NCBI GenBank assembly: GCA_028693955.1
Contig: JAQUUH010000001.1
Coordinates: 80,260 to 144,259, forward strand
Length of the DNA stretch: 64,000 nt
Direction of reading: 5' to 3'
Origin: Bacilli bacterium
Lineage (GTDB): Bacteria; Bacillota_I; Bacilli_A; RFN20; UBA1709
The notes beneath the pieces are model-generated. The model saw only the letters and a list, made by a program, of their open reading frames with translations. It was not told where the DNA came from and did not search any database. Below, one piece after another: positions 1 to 10,599 of the stretch; position 1 is the first letter of the stretch, and every line of letters starts with the position of its first letter. Made by a program: the position numbers and the translations under genes.

Positions 1-873
1 CCAAATCTAGTGTCGGGCTTATCACTTCCATAACGATTTAATGCATCTTTAAAGCTTATTCTTCTTAGGGGTAAATCAAGTTTATAATTTGTTACATTTA
101 AAAACATATCTTTAAACATTTTTTCAAGAAGTGTCATTATTTCTAATTCACTCATGAATGAAGTCTCAATATCAATTTGAGTAAAATCTGGTTGGCGATC
201 TGCTCTTAAATCTTCATCTCTAAAACAACGAGCAACTTGATAGTATTTTTCAAAACCAGCAATCATTAAAAGTTGTTTGAATAATTGTGGTGATTGTGGT
301 AAAGCATAAAATTTCCCAGGATTTACTCTTGAAGGAACAAGATAATCTCTAGCACCCTCAGGAGTTGTTTTTGCAAGTATTGGTGTTTCTATTTCAATGA
401 AATCTTCATTATCCAAGAATGAACGAAATGCTTTGATTATTTTGTGTCTAGTAATCAAATTCTTTTGCATAACTGGTCTACGTAAATCTAAATAGCGATA
501 TTTCATCCTAGTATCTTCTAAAGCATCAGTTTCATCAGCAATTATTAATGGTGTTAATTCTGATTTATTGACAATAATTACGTTTTCAACATTTATCTCA
601 ATATCTCCTGTTGGAAGAATAGAATTCTTACTTTTTCTTTCAATAACATTTCCTTCAACACTAATAATATATTCATTTTTAATCTTTGAAGCTATTTCAG
701 AAAAGTTTTCATTAAGAACTATTTGAGTAATTCCATATCTATCACGTAAATCTATAAAAACTATTGATCCAAAATTTCTTTTTTTTGATACCCAGCCAAC
801 TAATTGAACATGCTCACCAACATTATTTAATCTTAATTCACCATTATTTTTTGTTCTATACATATATTTATCC
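1..873 (-). CDS. aspS: aspartyl-tRNA synthetase, N-terminal part (C-terminus lies outside the window)
   Basis: Reverse-strand translation from ATG at 873 gives MYRTKNNGELRLNNVGEHVQLVGWVSKKRNFGSIVFIDLRDRYG..., typical of the AspRS N-terminal OB fold and class II core. A GGAGG RBS sits 8 nt upstream. The ORF track omits it because it is partial. It follows hisS as in the B. subtilis hisS-aspS operon. Confidence 0.85.
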
Positions 874-889
874 TCCAATGATAGTTTTT

Positions 890-2314
890 CTACTCATCAT
901 GATGATTATGACAATTGCAAGTATGGCTTTCATCATTATCACATTCACAATTATCTTCACCACAACTACAAGTATGCTCATCTTTATTATGATTATGACA
1001 AGTACATTCGTTATTTTCGTGGTGATGATCATGAGGCTCTTCTTCAATTAAATCATTAGTGAAAAAATCTAAAATTTCTGCTACAGGGATGGTAATTTGA
1101 GTTTTTGTTTTGTTATTTTTTATCGTTACTGTATTAGAAAGCATTTCATCGTTTCCCACTAAAACATTATATTTTGAATTTTTTCTATCGGCAATTTTAA
1201 ATAAAGACTTAATCGACTTTTCACTAAAATCAATATCAGAGGCAATTTGATTAAATCTTAAATACATCACTATTTGGAAAGCATATGAATTAACTGATTT
1301 ATCAAGTGGCATAACATAAGCTAATATTTCATTTTTTATTTCGCTAAATAAGTTTTGTTCTTCCATAATTAATATAATTCTTTCTATTCCAAAAGAATAA
1401 CCAATAGATGAAAGTTGTGGACCACCAAGATCTGCAACCAAATTGTTATAACGGCCTCCACCACCTATTGCACCATAGTTTTGTTTATCTGTTTTGACAT
1501 GTACTTCAAAAACAGTCTCAGAATAATAATCTAAGCCTCTAACTAACGAATCATCAATTTCGTAATCTACTTGATATTCATCTAATATATCAATTAGATT
1601 TTTAAAATAATTTTTAGAATCATCAGATAAAAAATCACTTATTTTTGGTGCTTCTTTAAAATAATCCTTATTAGAGTCTATTTTGCAATCTAAAATTCTA
1701 AGAGGATTTTTTATATACCTTGTTTTACAATCATCACATAAGTCATCCAAATACTTAGAAAAATAATCTTTAAGAGCTTTTCTATATTTAGTGCGACATT
1801 CTTCATCACCAATATTATTTATTTTAAAATAAAGACCTGTGATTCCTAATTCATTTAGTGAATGATACATTTCTAAAATAACCTCAGCATCATGATATAG
1901 AGAATTTATTCCAATTGATTCAATACCAAATTGATTCAGTTGCCTATATCTTCCAGCTTGAGGTCTTTCATAACGAAAGACATCGTAGTTATAATAAACT
2001 TTATATGGAAGATCTGCAGTTGCATATAATTTATTTTCAACAAAAGCTCTAATTATTCCTGCTGTTCCTTCAGGTCTTAAAGTAATAGATCTCTTTCCTC
2101 TATCTAAAAAAGTATACATTTCTTTGTTAACAATGTCACTTGATTCTCCTACCGAACGAGTGAAAACTTCCGTGTTTTCAAACATTGGTGTTTGAATTTC
2201 GTTAAATCCAAAAAAATCAGCTACATTTCTTAACACAAATAAAACATACTCTTTTTTAATAGCTTTATCTGGTAGAATATCTTGTGTGCCTCTTGGCAAA
2301 GTGTATTTTGACAT
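890..2314 (-). CDS. hisS: histidyl-tRNA synthetase with an unusual C-terminal Cys/His-rich tail of about 50 aa
   Basis: The N-terminus MSKYTLPRGTQDILPDK and class II motifs match HisRS. The last ~50 residues (PHDHHHENNECTCHNHNKDEHTCSCGEDNCECDNDESHTCNCHNHHDE) are not part of canonical HisRS. Confidence 0.9.
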   Translation of the reverse strand: MSKYTLPRGTQDILPDKAIKKEYVLFVLRNVADFFGFNEIQTPMFENTEVFTRSVGESSDIVNKEMYTFLDRGKRSITLRPEGTAGIIRAFVENKLYATADLPYKVYYNYDVFRYERPQAGRYRQLNQFGIESIGINSLYHDAEVILEMYHSLNELGITGLYFKINNIGDEECRTKYRKALKDYFSKYLDDLCDDCKTRYIKNPLRILDCKIDSNKDYFKEAPKISDFLSDDSKNYFKNLIDILDEYQVDYEIDDSLVRGLDYYSETVFEVHVKTDKQNYGAIGGGGRYNNLVADLGGPQLSSIGYSFGIERIILIMEEQNLFSEIKNEILAYVMPLDKSVNSYAFQIVMYLRFNQIASDIDFSEKSIKSLFKIADRKNSKYNVLVGNDEMLSNTVTIKNNKTKTQITIPVAEILDFFTNDLIEEEPHDHHHENNECTCHNHNKDEHTCSCGEDNCECDNDESHTCNCHNHHDE

Positions 2315-2589
2315 AAATTTTCCTCCTAATAAAATAAAAAATACGTCCTAAGGACGTATTATTAACGTGGTACCACCTTAGTTCATAAATTATTATAAAT
2401 TTATGCACTTAAGGTTTTAACGCAACTAACGTCAATAGCTAAATAATTCACTATTGCTCCTCCCAAATGTCCCAAATACTTCTTTTAAAGTGTTTCCATC
2501 AATACACTCTTTCTAGATAAAATAGGTATTTTTCTTTTTTTCATTGGATTTCAAAAATATTATAATATTTATATGAATTTATGGCAATA
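2315..2589 (-). promoter_or_regulatory. T-box riboswitch leader of hisS
   Basis: On the minus strand the T-box antiterminator core AAGGTGGTACCACG (plus 2366-2379) is followed by the terminator hairpin AATACGTCC-ttag-GGACGTATT (2340-2360) and a U-run, immediately upstream of the hisS start. Confidence 0.7.
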
Positions 2590-4821
2590 TTAATTTTTAG
2601 TATATCTAATAATTTCATATATATCTGGTATTGAAGATTTTATAGAATTCATAATATCATTTAACTCATTAGCATCTTTAACTTGTATGCATAAATTAAT
2701 AAGTGCAGTGCCTGTAGTATCATGGCTGCTGGCCTTTACAGAGGTAACAGGGACTTTAATGGAACTTAGGTAATTCATTACATCTACAAGTAACATTTGC
2801 CTATCCTTGGCACTTATTTGAATATCCACATAGTGTTTTGAAGTATCGTTACTTATGAAATCATAATCCCATTCAACATCTATTAATCTTTGTGTCTCAT
2901 TTTTTATATTAGGACAATCACTTCGATGTATTTTTACTCCTTGCCCTTTAGAAACATAACCTTTTATTGAATCTCCAGGGATTGGTGAACAACATTGAGA
3001 AAAACTAATTGCAATGCTATCAACTCCAGGAACAATTACACCTATTTTACTGGCATTATGATCTAATACCTTTTTTCTAGATCTTTGTAAAAATTCATTC
3101 TCTCTTTCTTTCTCTTTTTTTAATTTTACTTCTTCAGCTTTTAAATTTTCGATAACACCTTTGATGTTAATTGATTTGTTATAAACAGCTATCAAAAACT
3201 GTTCAATAGTGTCAACATTATGTGAAGACAAAAACTTCTTATCTTCAAAACTTTTAAAAGTATTTTTAACATCAAATTTTTCATTTCTCAGTAATTCTTC
3301 AATATTATTTTTAGAAGTTTCTATTATTTCTTCTCTTTTTTCTATACTATTGTGCTTTATTAAAGCTTTCTTGATTGCATTTTTTGCACTATTTGTCTTT
3401 ACTATTTTGAGCCAACCTTCACTAGGAACACTGTTGTTTTTCGAAGTTTTTATGTCACAAATATCTCCGGTTTTTAAAACCGTATTTAAAGGAACTAAAA
3501 CTCCATTTACAACTGCTCCTACTGTGCTATGCCCGACTTGTGTATGTATTTTGTAGGCAAAATCAAGAGGGGTTGAACCATTTGGTAAATCGATCACCCT
3601 ACCTTTAGGGGTAAGAATGTAAACATTAGCTTCAAAAATATCTTTTTGAAGTGATTCCATATAATTTTGGGCATCATCAGATTCGTTATTTGAAAAAGTA
3701 ACTAATTCCCTAAACCAGGCTAATTTTTCTTCAATTTCTTTTTGAACCTTTGCAGCATCATATTCAATATTTTCTTTATAACGCCAATGAGCAGCAACTC
3801 CACCTTCTGCTATTTGGTCCATCTTTTCAGTTCTAATTTGGATTTCAAAAATACCACCATCATCAGCAATAATTGTAGTATGCAAAGATTGGTACATATT
3901 TGGTTTTGGCATTGCTATATAATCTTTAAACCTACCAGGTATAGGTCGATACATTGCGTGAATATATCCTAAAATTTCATAACAACGTGTTTCTGTATCA
4001 GTAATTATACGTAGAGCTTGTAAATCATAAATTTCTTCAAAAATTCGATTTTTAACATACATTTTTTTATATATACTGTAAATGTTTTTTACTCTACCTG
4101 ACATTCTAAAAGGAATCTCATGTCCTTTTAATAAACTATCAATTTTACCAGACATTATTTTTAAAAATAAATTTCTTTCGCTTTCTTTTCTTTTAAGCAA
4201 AAGACTAATATTATGATATTTTTCAGGTTCAAGGTATTTTAAACTCAAATCCTCAAGTTCACTTTTAATAGTATTAATACCTAACCTATGAGCAATTGGA
4301 CTATAGACATCTAAAGTTTCTTTTGCAATTCTTTTTTGTTTTTCAGTTGGTTGGCCATAAAGAGTTCTCATGTTGTGTAACCTATCAGCAAGTTTTATTA
4401 AAATCACGCGAATATCTTTAGCCATTGCAATAAAAATCTTGCGGTGATTCTCAGCTTGAAATTCTTCTTGAGTCATTGCACTTAATTGTGTAACTTTAGT
4501 AACAGATTCAACAAGAGTTGCAATTTCATCGTTAAATTCTTGAGCAATTTTTTCTTTTGTTAATCCACAATCTTCAATAGTATCATGCAAAAAACCAGCA
4601 ATTATTGTATATGGGCCAACTTGAAGCTCAGCCAATATGTAGGCAACATTAAGAAGATGATTTATATATGGCTCTCCAGTTTTTCTAAATTGCCCTTCAT
4701 GACAAACAGCAGCAAATTTATAAGCTTTTTCAATAAAAACTAATGTCTCTTCATTAGTTAAATATTTCTTGCAAGAAATAAGGACATCATTAAAAGAAAT
4801 ATTTTCATATTTTTTTTCCAT
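2590..4821 (-). CDS. relA: bifunctional (p)ppGpp synthetase/hydrolase RelA/SpoT (Rel)
   Basis: HD-domain motif HLLNVAYIL...FLHDTIED, a synthetase domain and a C-terminal TGS/ACT region are present. The true start is probably ATG at 4821 (MEKKYENI) with an AAAGGAGGG RBS. The track ORF is extended upstream from a TTG. Confidence 0.85.
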   Translation of the reverse strand: MEKKYENISFNDVLISCKKYLTNEETLVFIEKAYKFAAVCHEGQFRKTGEPYINHLLNVAYILAELQVGPYTIIAGFLHDTIEDCGLTKEKIAQEFNDEIATLVESVTKVTQLSAMTQEEFQAENHRKIFIAMAKDIRVILIKLADRLHNMRTLYGQPTEKQKRIAKETLDVYSPIAHRLGINTIKSELEDLSLKYLEPEKYHNISLLLKRKESERNLFLKIMSGKIDSLLKGHEIPFRMSGRVKNIYSIYKKMYVKNRIFEEIYDLQALRIITDTETRCYEILGYIHAMYRPIPGRFKDYIAMPKPNMYQSLHTTIIADDGGIFEIQIRTEKMDQIAEGGVAAHWRYKENIEYDAAKVQKEIEEKLAWFRELVTFSNNESDDAQNYMESLQKDIFEANVYILTPKGRVIDLPNGSTPLDFAYKIHTQVGHSTVGAVVNGVLVPLNTVLKTGDICDIKTSKNNSVPSEGWLKIVKTNSAKNAIKKALIKHNSIEKREEIIETSKNNIEELLRNEKFDVKNTFKSFEDKKFLSSHNVDTIEQFLIAVYNKSINIKGVIENLKAEEVKLKKEKERENEFLQRSRKKVLDHNASKIGVIVPGVDSIAISFSQCCSPIPGDSIKGYVSKGQGVKIHRSDCPNIKNETQRLIDVEWDYDFISNDTSKHYVDIQISAKDRQMLLVDVMNYLSSIKVPVTSVKASSHDTTGTALINLCIQVKDANELNDIMNSIKSSIPDIYEIIRYTKN

Positions 4822-4849
4822 AATATCCCTCCTTTTCAACAAGATAATG

Positions 4850-5365
4850 TTAATATTTCATTAATGTTAAGACATCAACGCCTTCATCTATTTTTGAACG
4901 CCCCTTTAATTCTTCTAATTCAATTAAAAATGCGCATCCAACAACTATACCACCAAGACTTTCGACAAGTTTAATAGTAGCCTCAACTGTTCCTCCAGTT
5001 GCAAGTAAGTCATCAACAATTAGTATTCTTTGACCTTTTTTTATTGCATCTTTATGCATGCAAAGGGTATTAGAACCATATTCAAGAGCATATTTTATCT
5101 CGATTGTCTCTCTAGGCAATTTATTTGGCTTTCTAATTGGAACAAAACCAACTTCAAGAGCATAAGAAATTGGACATCCAAAAATAAAACCTCTAGATTC
5201 TGGACCAACAACAATATCTACATCTTTGCTCTTTGCAAATTCGATTATTTTTTCACAAGCATATTTAAATGCTTCACCATCATTCATAAGTGGTGTAATG
5301 TCTCTAAATAAGATTCCATCAACTGGAAAATCTTTAACGGTAGCAATATAATTTTTAAGATTCAT
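4850..5365 (-). CDS. apt: adenine phosphoribosyltransferase
   Basis: It is 171 aa, with [27 protein letters not shown] and a PRPP-binding motif [10 protein letters not shown]. The apt-relA order matches Firmicutes. Confidence 0.9.
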   Translation of the reverse strand: MNLKNYIATVKDFPVDGILFRDITPLMNDGEAFKYACEKIIEFAKSKDVDIVVGPESRGFIFGCPISYALEVGFVPIRKPNKLPRETIEIKYALEYGSNTLCMHKDAIKKGQRILIVDDLLATGGTVEATIKLVESLGGIVVGCAFLIELEELKGRSKIDEGVDVLTLMKY

Positions 5366-5435
5366 TTTTCTTTTCCCCCATGCATATGCTAATACTAGAA
5401 CATTTTAGCAAATAATGCGAATATTTGCATTATTT

Positions 5436-5464
5436 TTGTTTATAAAAGAGTGATTTCTCACTCT
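5436..5464 (-). terminator. Rho-independent terminator after secDF
   Basis: Hairpin AGAGTGA-ttt-TCACTCT (5447-5464) lies 12 nt past the secDF stop and is followed on the minus strand by a UUUUAUAAA run. Confidence 0.4.
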
Positions 5465-5475
5465 TCTATTTCTTA

Positions 5476-7953
5476 TTAATCATTTATACCATAGAAAGTA
5501 TACTCTTCAGGCTCATTGTTTTTAACAACAGTTTTATGTTTTCTTTTTTCTTTTCTAGAAATCATCAATTTATCTTTTATTTTTTCAAGCCATAGCCAAA
5601 TAACAGGTGCTATAAACATTGAAGAATAAGTTCCAGAAATTAATCCGAATAACATTGCTAAATTGAAATTAAAACTAGCGCTACTTCCAAAAATCAATAA
5701 AGAAATAACTGTTAGTAATGTAGAAATTGTTGTTAAAATAGAACGTCCAACTGTTTGTTGCAAAGATTTGTTTACAAGATCAACTCTGTCGTTATTTGAA
5801 AGTTGAGGAATATTAGATTCTGAAATATTTTCTCTTAATCTATCAAATGTAACTATAGTATCATTTATTGAATAACCAATAATTGCAAGTACTGCAGAAA
5901 CAAATTCAATATTTATTTCTATTCTAAATAGTGAAAACGCTGCAACCATAAACAAAGCATCGTGAATTAAAGCAACAATAGCTGCTGCAGCATATGTAAA
6001 TTTAAATCTCCAAGCTACATATATAATTATGAATCCTGAAGCAATCAATAGTGACCATAAAGCATTTTGTACTGTTTTTGTGGCAACAAGAGGTGAAACA
6101 AAATTCAATGTATAAGAATTGTTATATAAATCAAAGTATTCTATCTTATTTTCACTAAAGTATTCATTTAAATATTCCATAACATCACTTGGAAGTTCCT
6201 GCTTAAAACTTACAGATACAGTATATAGTTTAAGAATATTTTCTGATACATCCGCGTTTATGCTCTCAAGCAAATCTTTGTTAGATTCAATTATTGCTGA
6301 GGAAACCTCTGCACTATCATCACCTATAACTACTAAATCAGGTTTTATAGCAATATCTTCATTATTCAAAAAGAAGGATTCAACCTGTTCTGTTGTTGAA
6401 AAACTAGGATCAGCTGTCTTAAAATATAATTTTGTTCCTTGACTAAATTGCAAACCTAGATTTAAACCACTCCCTAAAGCAAAATGATAAATGATTATCA
6501 TAACCAATCCTAATGTTATAAAACTACTCGAACTAAATGCAACTTTCTTTGCAGGTTTCATAAAATTAGCATTACCAAATTTACCAAAGTATTTTTGTCC
6601 TTCACCTTTTTGAACATCAGGTAAATTATTCTTTTTGACACCAAACCAATTTTGACGATTTTGGAAAACTTTTGATTGACATAATAATGATAATAGAAAT
6701 TTTGCTAAAAATACCATTATAATCATTGTCGCAAAAATAGAAATAATTAACATTGTTGCAAAGCCTTTAACTGTTCTGGTTCCAAATACATATAAAGATA
6801 AAGCGGCAATCAATGTTGTAATATTAGCATCTAAAATAGTAGATAGCGATTTTTTATTACCTTCTAAAAAAGCTTTACGGAGCGATCGTCCTTTATATAA
6901 TTCATCTTTTATTCTTTCAAAAGAAATGATATTAGCATCAACAGCCATACCTATCGCCATTACTGTAGCTGCAATAGTATCAGGGCCATATTCTCCTTTT
7001 AAAAGATTAAAACCAAATAAGGTTGAAATAACATAAACAATTAAAGCAACAGAAGAGGCAACTCCAGCAATACCATAAAATATAATCATAAATACTGATA
7101 CAGCAAGAACTCCAATTAATCCAGCAATTAATGATTTATTAAATGCTTCATTACCATAGGTTGCACCAATTGATGAAACAGAAATTTCTTTTAATGTGAA
7201 ATTAATGGTTCCTGCCCTTATCATATTAGCCATTTTTCCAGCTAATTCATCAGTAAATGAACCTGTTATAATAACATCTCCATAAAAAACTTGACTAACT
7301 GTTGCATCTGAGACTATTTTGTTGGCTGCATCTGGATTTTCTGAAATATCTGCATAACTATCACCAGAGTAACCATATTCATTAACTTCATCATATTGAT
7401 CGTCATATCCTAACCATATAACAATGTGTCGATTATCACTATCTTCTTGAGTAGAAATATATCTTGTAATATCTTCCCATAAAGTAGTGTCTTTTATTTT
7501 CAAACTAACAACAGGATTACCATCACTATAATCAAGAACAGCACCATTATCTTTTAATAATTGATCAGCTGTAGCAAGTAAATTATCATTAACATCTCTA
7601 AAACTTATTTCTGCATTAGATGTTAATAAATCACGAATTGATTTTGTCTCACTTTCATTTTTAGAAGCGACTGTTACACGAATCATGTCATCGCCTTCTG
7701 TAGAAATTTGAGGGTTCTTTACACCAGCTATATCAATACGATTTGAAATAACTTCAGCAGCCGCACTAACAGCACTTTCTTTTTCGCGATCACTATACTC
7801 TATTCCATCTTGATCTAAAACTTGATAGAGTATTTCAAAACCACCCTTAAATTCAATACCTTGATTCATATTATCAGATATTGAAGGTATATTCATAATG
7901 GAAATTGTGAGTAAGGTAACTGTTAACACAATAAAAGCAAATAATCTACGCAT
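5476..7953 (-). CDS. secDF: protein translocase subunit SecDF (fused)
   Basis: It is 825 aa with an N-terminal signal-anchor MRRLFAFIVLTVTLL, a large periplasmic-type domain and two 6-TM bundles typical of the RND-like SecD/SecF fusion. Confidence 0.85.
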   Translation of the reverse strand: MRRLFAFIVLTVTLLTISIMNIPSISDNMNQGIEFKGGFEILYQVLDQDGIEYSDREKESAVSAAAEVISNRIDIAGVKNPQISTEGDDMIRVTVASKNESETKSIRDLLTSNAEISFRDVNDNLLATADQLLKDNGAVLDYSDGNPVVSLKIKDTTLWEDITRYISTQEDSDNRHIVIWLGYDDQYDEVNEYGYSGDSYADISENPDAANKIVSDATVSQVFYGDVIITGSFTDELAGKMANMIRAGTINFTLKEISVSSIGATYGNEAFNKSLIAGLIGVLAVSVFMIIFYGIAGVASSVALIVYVISTLFGFNLLKGEYGPDTIAATVMAIGMAVDANIISFERIKDELYKGRSLRKAFLEGNKKSLSTILDANITTLIAALSLYVFGTRTVKGFATMLIISIFATMIIMVFLAKFLLSLLCQSKVFQNRQNWFGVKKNNLPDVQKGEGQKYFGKFGNANFMKPAKKVAFSSSSFITLGLVMIIIYHFALGSGLNLGLQFSQGTKLYFKTADPSFSTTEQVESFFLNNEDIAIKPDLVVIGDDSAEVSSAIIESNKDLLESINADVSENILKLYTVSVSFKQELPSDVMEYLNEYFSENKIEYFDLYNNSYTLNFVSPLVATKTVQNALWSLLIASGFIIIYVAWRFKFTYAAAAIVALIHDALFMVAAFSLFRIEINIEFVSAVLAIIGYSINDTIVTFDRLRENISESNIPQLSNNDRVDLVNKSLQQTVGRSILTTISTLLTVISLLIFGSSASFNFNLAMLFGLISGTYSSMFIAPVIWLWLEKIKDKLMISRKEKRKHKTVVKNNEPEEYTFYGIND

Positions 7954-8117
7954 TATACCTCTCCTTTTTGTAAATAATTTTTTGTTTTTTTAATAATTAT
8001 ATATAAAAATAATATAAAACTACTATAAAAAAATAAATCAACATTATATGTTGCTCTAATACTTTAGCATTTTAACGAGTAAATTTCAACTTGAAAGGCG
8101 TTCATTTTAAAAATAAT

Positions 8118-8145
8118 TATTAATAAAATTCATAGTAATGAATTT
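8118..8145 (-). terminator. putative terminator overlapping the ruvB stop
   Basis: Hairpin AAATTCAT-agta-ATGAATTT (8126-8145) spans the ruvB stop codon (8130-8132) and is followed on the minus strand by an AT-rich U-containing tract. It is weaker than the other terminators. Confidence 0.3.
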
Positions 8146-9134
8146 TGAAATGACATTTTTAAATGTTTATAGGCTTTTTCAAGAACAACTCTTCCTCTTG
8201 GGGTTCTATTAATCATACCGATTTGTAATAAATATGGTTCACAAACATCTTCTATGGTCATTACTTCTTCACCAATAGCAGCTGCAATTGAATCTACACC
8301 AACAGGACCACCTTTAAAACGTTCAATAATACCTTTAAGGTATTTTATATCAACATTATCAAGACCCATTGAATCTACTTGCAATGAATCCAATGCATAT
8401 TTTGCTGTATCACAATCAATAAATCCATTATTATCGATAGTTGCAAAATCCCTAATTCTTTTGAAGAGTCTATTTGCTACTCTTGGGGTTCCTCGAGAAC
8501 GTTTAGTAATTTCTTTTGCTGCTTCTTCATTTATTGGAACATTATAAACTCTGCCAGTTCTTTCAACAATAGCTTGGATTTCATCATCAGAATAAAAATC
8601 AAGCTTTAAAACAATTCCGAATCTATCTCTTAATGGAGAAGATAAAGATCCTGCACGAGTTGTAGCACCTATCAAAGTAAAAGGTGGCAAATCCAAAGAA
8701 ATTGTTCGAGCACTTGAATCTCTGCCAATAACAACATTTATTTTGAAATCTTCCATTGCAGAATATAAGACTTCTTCAACGATTCTAGGTACTCTATGAA
8801 TTTCATCAATAAATAAAACATCTCCAGCACTTAATGTAGAAAGAATAGCCGCTAGATCTCCTGTTCTTTCCAAACTAGGCCCACTAATAACTTTTATATT
8901 ACCATTCATTTCATTTGCAATAATGTGTGCTAAAGTGGTCTTACCCAATCCTGGAGGTCCATAAAGTAAGACATGATCTAAAGACTCATCACGTTTTTTC
9001 GCAGCCTTTATAAATATTTTTAAATTTTTCTTAGTTTTTGCTTGACCAATATATTCATTTAGTAATCTTGGTCTAAGAGAAATTTCAAAATTTTCCTCAT
9101 CATTTACTAAGTTATTATCAATTAATCTTTCCAT
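8130..9134 (-). CDS. ruvB: Holliday junction branch-migration helicase RuvB
   Basis: Walker [15 protein letters not shown]+ motifs and a winged-helix C-terminus are present. It is 334 aa. Confidence 0.9.
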   Translation of the reverse strand: MERLIDNNLVNDEENFEISLRPRLLNEYIGQAKTKKNLKIFIKAAKKRDESLDHVLLYGPPGLGKTTLAHIIANEMNGNIKVISGPSLERTGDLAAILSTLSAGDVLFIDEIHRVPRIVEEVLYSAMEDFKINVVIGRDSSARTISLDLPPFTLIGATTRAGSLSSPLRDRFGIVLKLDFYSDDEIQAIVERTGRVYNVPINEEAAKEITKRSRGTPRVANRLFKRIRDFATIDNNGFIDCDTAKYALDSLQVDSMGLDNVDIKYLKGIIERFKGGPVGVDSIAAAIGEEVMTIEDVCEPYLLQIGMINRTPRGRVVLEKAYKHLKMSFQNSLL

Positions 9135-9145
9135 TAATAATTCTC

Positions 9146-9718
9146 CTATCGTTTAAGTAATTTTAGTGCTAATTTCAAAACTTCTTCACTAGATAAATTT
9201 TTATTAGTTATTTTTGCGAAAGCATTGTCAATTTCAGATACTTTGAATCCCAAGGATTTCAAGCCATCTTTTGCATCTTCAAATGAATTATTATCAAGAG
9301 TATTTATATTATTATCATAATTTTCAAATACTAATTTTCCTTTTAAATCTAGAATAATTTGTTGAGCAGCCTTTGGACCAATTCCCGGTAATTTTTTTAG
9401 ATAAGTTGTGTTGGAAGTTTCAATAGCTTGTATAAGTGATTTTGTTGTTGTTTGACTCATCATATTTATTGCAGTTCTGGGACCAATTCCATTGACACTA
9501 ATCAAACGTAAAAAGATTGATTTCTCTTCTTTATTTTCAAATCCATATAGTGAAATATCATCCTCTTTTACATGCATATAAACATTAACTTTTATTTGCT
9601 GGTTTTTAGGAAACCCATCTGGATGTGCTACCACGATATCATAACCTATTCCATTGCATTCTAATACAATTCTATCAATACCAATTTCTATTACATTTCC
9701 CAAAATATAACTAAACAT
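9146..9718 (-). CDS. ruvA: Holliday junction DNA helicase RuvA
   Basis: The N-terminal OB fold and HhH motifs (GIGPKAAQ) are present. The start is probably ATG at 9718 (MFSYI...) with an AAGAGGTGA RBS. The track ORF begins one codon earlier at a TTG. Confidence 0.85.
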   Translation of the reverse strand: MFSYILGNVIEIGIDRIVLECNGIGYDIVVAHPDGFPKNQQIKVNVYMHVKEDDISLYGFENKEEKSIFLRLISVNGIGPRTAINMMSQTTTKSLIQAIETSNTTYLKKLPGIGPKAAQQIILDLKGKLVFENYDNNINTLDNNSFEDAKDGLKSLGFKVSEIDNAFAKITNKNLSSEEVLKLALKLLKR

Positions 9719-9728
9719 CAAATCACCT

Positions 9729-9746
9729 CTTTTTAATTATATCACA
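9729..9746 (-). promoter_or_regulatory. candidate sigma-A promoter for ruvAB (extended -10 TGtgaTATAAT)
   Basis: The minus strand reads ...TGTGATATAATTAAAAAGAGGTGATTTGATG. The TATAAT lies at plus 9736-9741, directly after the nadE terminator. The leader is very short. Confidence 0.35.
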
Positions 9747-9748
9747 GG

Positions 9749-9786
9749 AAAAATAAAAATGCCTTGTCATAATTGACAAAGCATTT
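9749..9786 (-). terminator. Rho-independent terminator after nadE
   Basis: A 13-bp stem AAATGCCTTGTCA-taat-TGACAAAGCATTT (9757-9786) starts 5 nt past the nadE stop and is followed on the minus strand by a UUUUUAUUUUU run. Confidence 0.6.
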
Positions 9787-9790
9787 TTTA

Positions 9791-10540
9791 TTATTTTCTT
9801 TTTGGCAATCTAGGAGATTTAGCCATATTACGTTTATGTTCACTTATAGTATGGAGGTGTTCTATTCTATCAATACTTGATTGAGGAATTTTTTTACCAA
9901 GCAAGTAGTCATCAATTTCATCATATGTAACTTTAAGTTCATCTTCATCATAAACATCAACAATCAAGCCAGCCGTTGGTTTGCGTTTTATAATACATTC
10001 TGGAACACCTAAAATTTTTCCAACTTCTCTAACCTCTGTTTTTGTTAAACCAATTATAGGAACAATATCAACTCCACCATCACCAAATTTTGTGAAATAT
10101 CCAGTATACCATTCACAGGCATTATCGGTTCCAACTACTATATAATTTAATGATTTAGCAAGAGAATATAAAGTTGTCATTCTTAGACGAGCTTTGGTAT
10201 TAGCAACTGCTATTTTATAATTTTCACTCTCTTTATTAATAACTTTTAATTCTGAAATAGAAGAAACTAAAGTATCATAAGTATTTGTTAAATCCACTTT
10301 AACATAAGGAATTTTACATTCATTAATTACTTTCATTGCATCATTTTCATCATCTGGATTAGAGTGACAGGGCATAACAACTGCTAAGCATTTTTTGCGC
10401 ATTGCTTTTTTTACTAAGAAGGCACAAACAGCAGAATCTATTCCTCCAGAAATTCCAATAATACATCCCGAAGCATTTGCTTTTTTTACTGTATTTTTTA
10501 TCCATTTGACAAGATAATTTGTATAATCTTCTAGATACAT
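9791..10540 (-). CDS. nadE: NH3-dependent NAD+ synthetase
   Basis: PP-loop motif SGGIDSAV is present. It is 249 aa and matches the NadE family. Confidence 0.9.
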   Translation of the reverse strand: MYLEDYTNYLVKWIKNTVKKANASGCIIGISGGIDSAVCAFLVKKAMRKKCLAVVMPCHSNPDDENDAMKVINECKIPYVKVDLTNTYDTLVSSISELKVINKESENYKIAVANTKARLRMTTLYSLAKSLNYIVVGTDNACEWYTGYFTKFGDGGVDIVPIIGLTKTEVREVGKILGVPECIIKRKPTAGLIVDVYDEDELKVTYDEIDDYLLGKKIPQSSIDRIEHLHTISEHKRNMAKSPRLPKRK

Positions 10541-10599
10541 ACTTTCACCTCTTTCATCATATAATTTTACGCTAAATGATAGAAAAATCTACATTTATT

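Noticed and set aside
764-1051. 95-aa plus-strand ORF (MIQNFFFLIPSQL...) rich in Ile/Met/Thr
   Set aside because: It is entirely antisense to the hisS 3' end and the aspS start. The low-complexity translation mirrors the Cys/His-codon-rich hisS tail, and no RBS is present.
3209-3972. Plus-strand ORFs of 115 aa and 76 aa inside relA
   Set aside because: They are antisense to a well-supported relA reading frame. They are hydrophobic low-complexity translations with no SD. They are AT-rich frame artefacts.
5424-5441. Palindrome AATGCgaatatttGCATT upstream of apt, as a possible operator
   Set aside because: It is only 5 bp per arm in an AT-rich spacer and lies between the secDF terminator and the apt start. 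This is too weak to call without comparative data.
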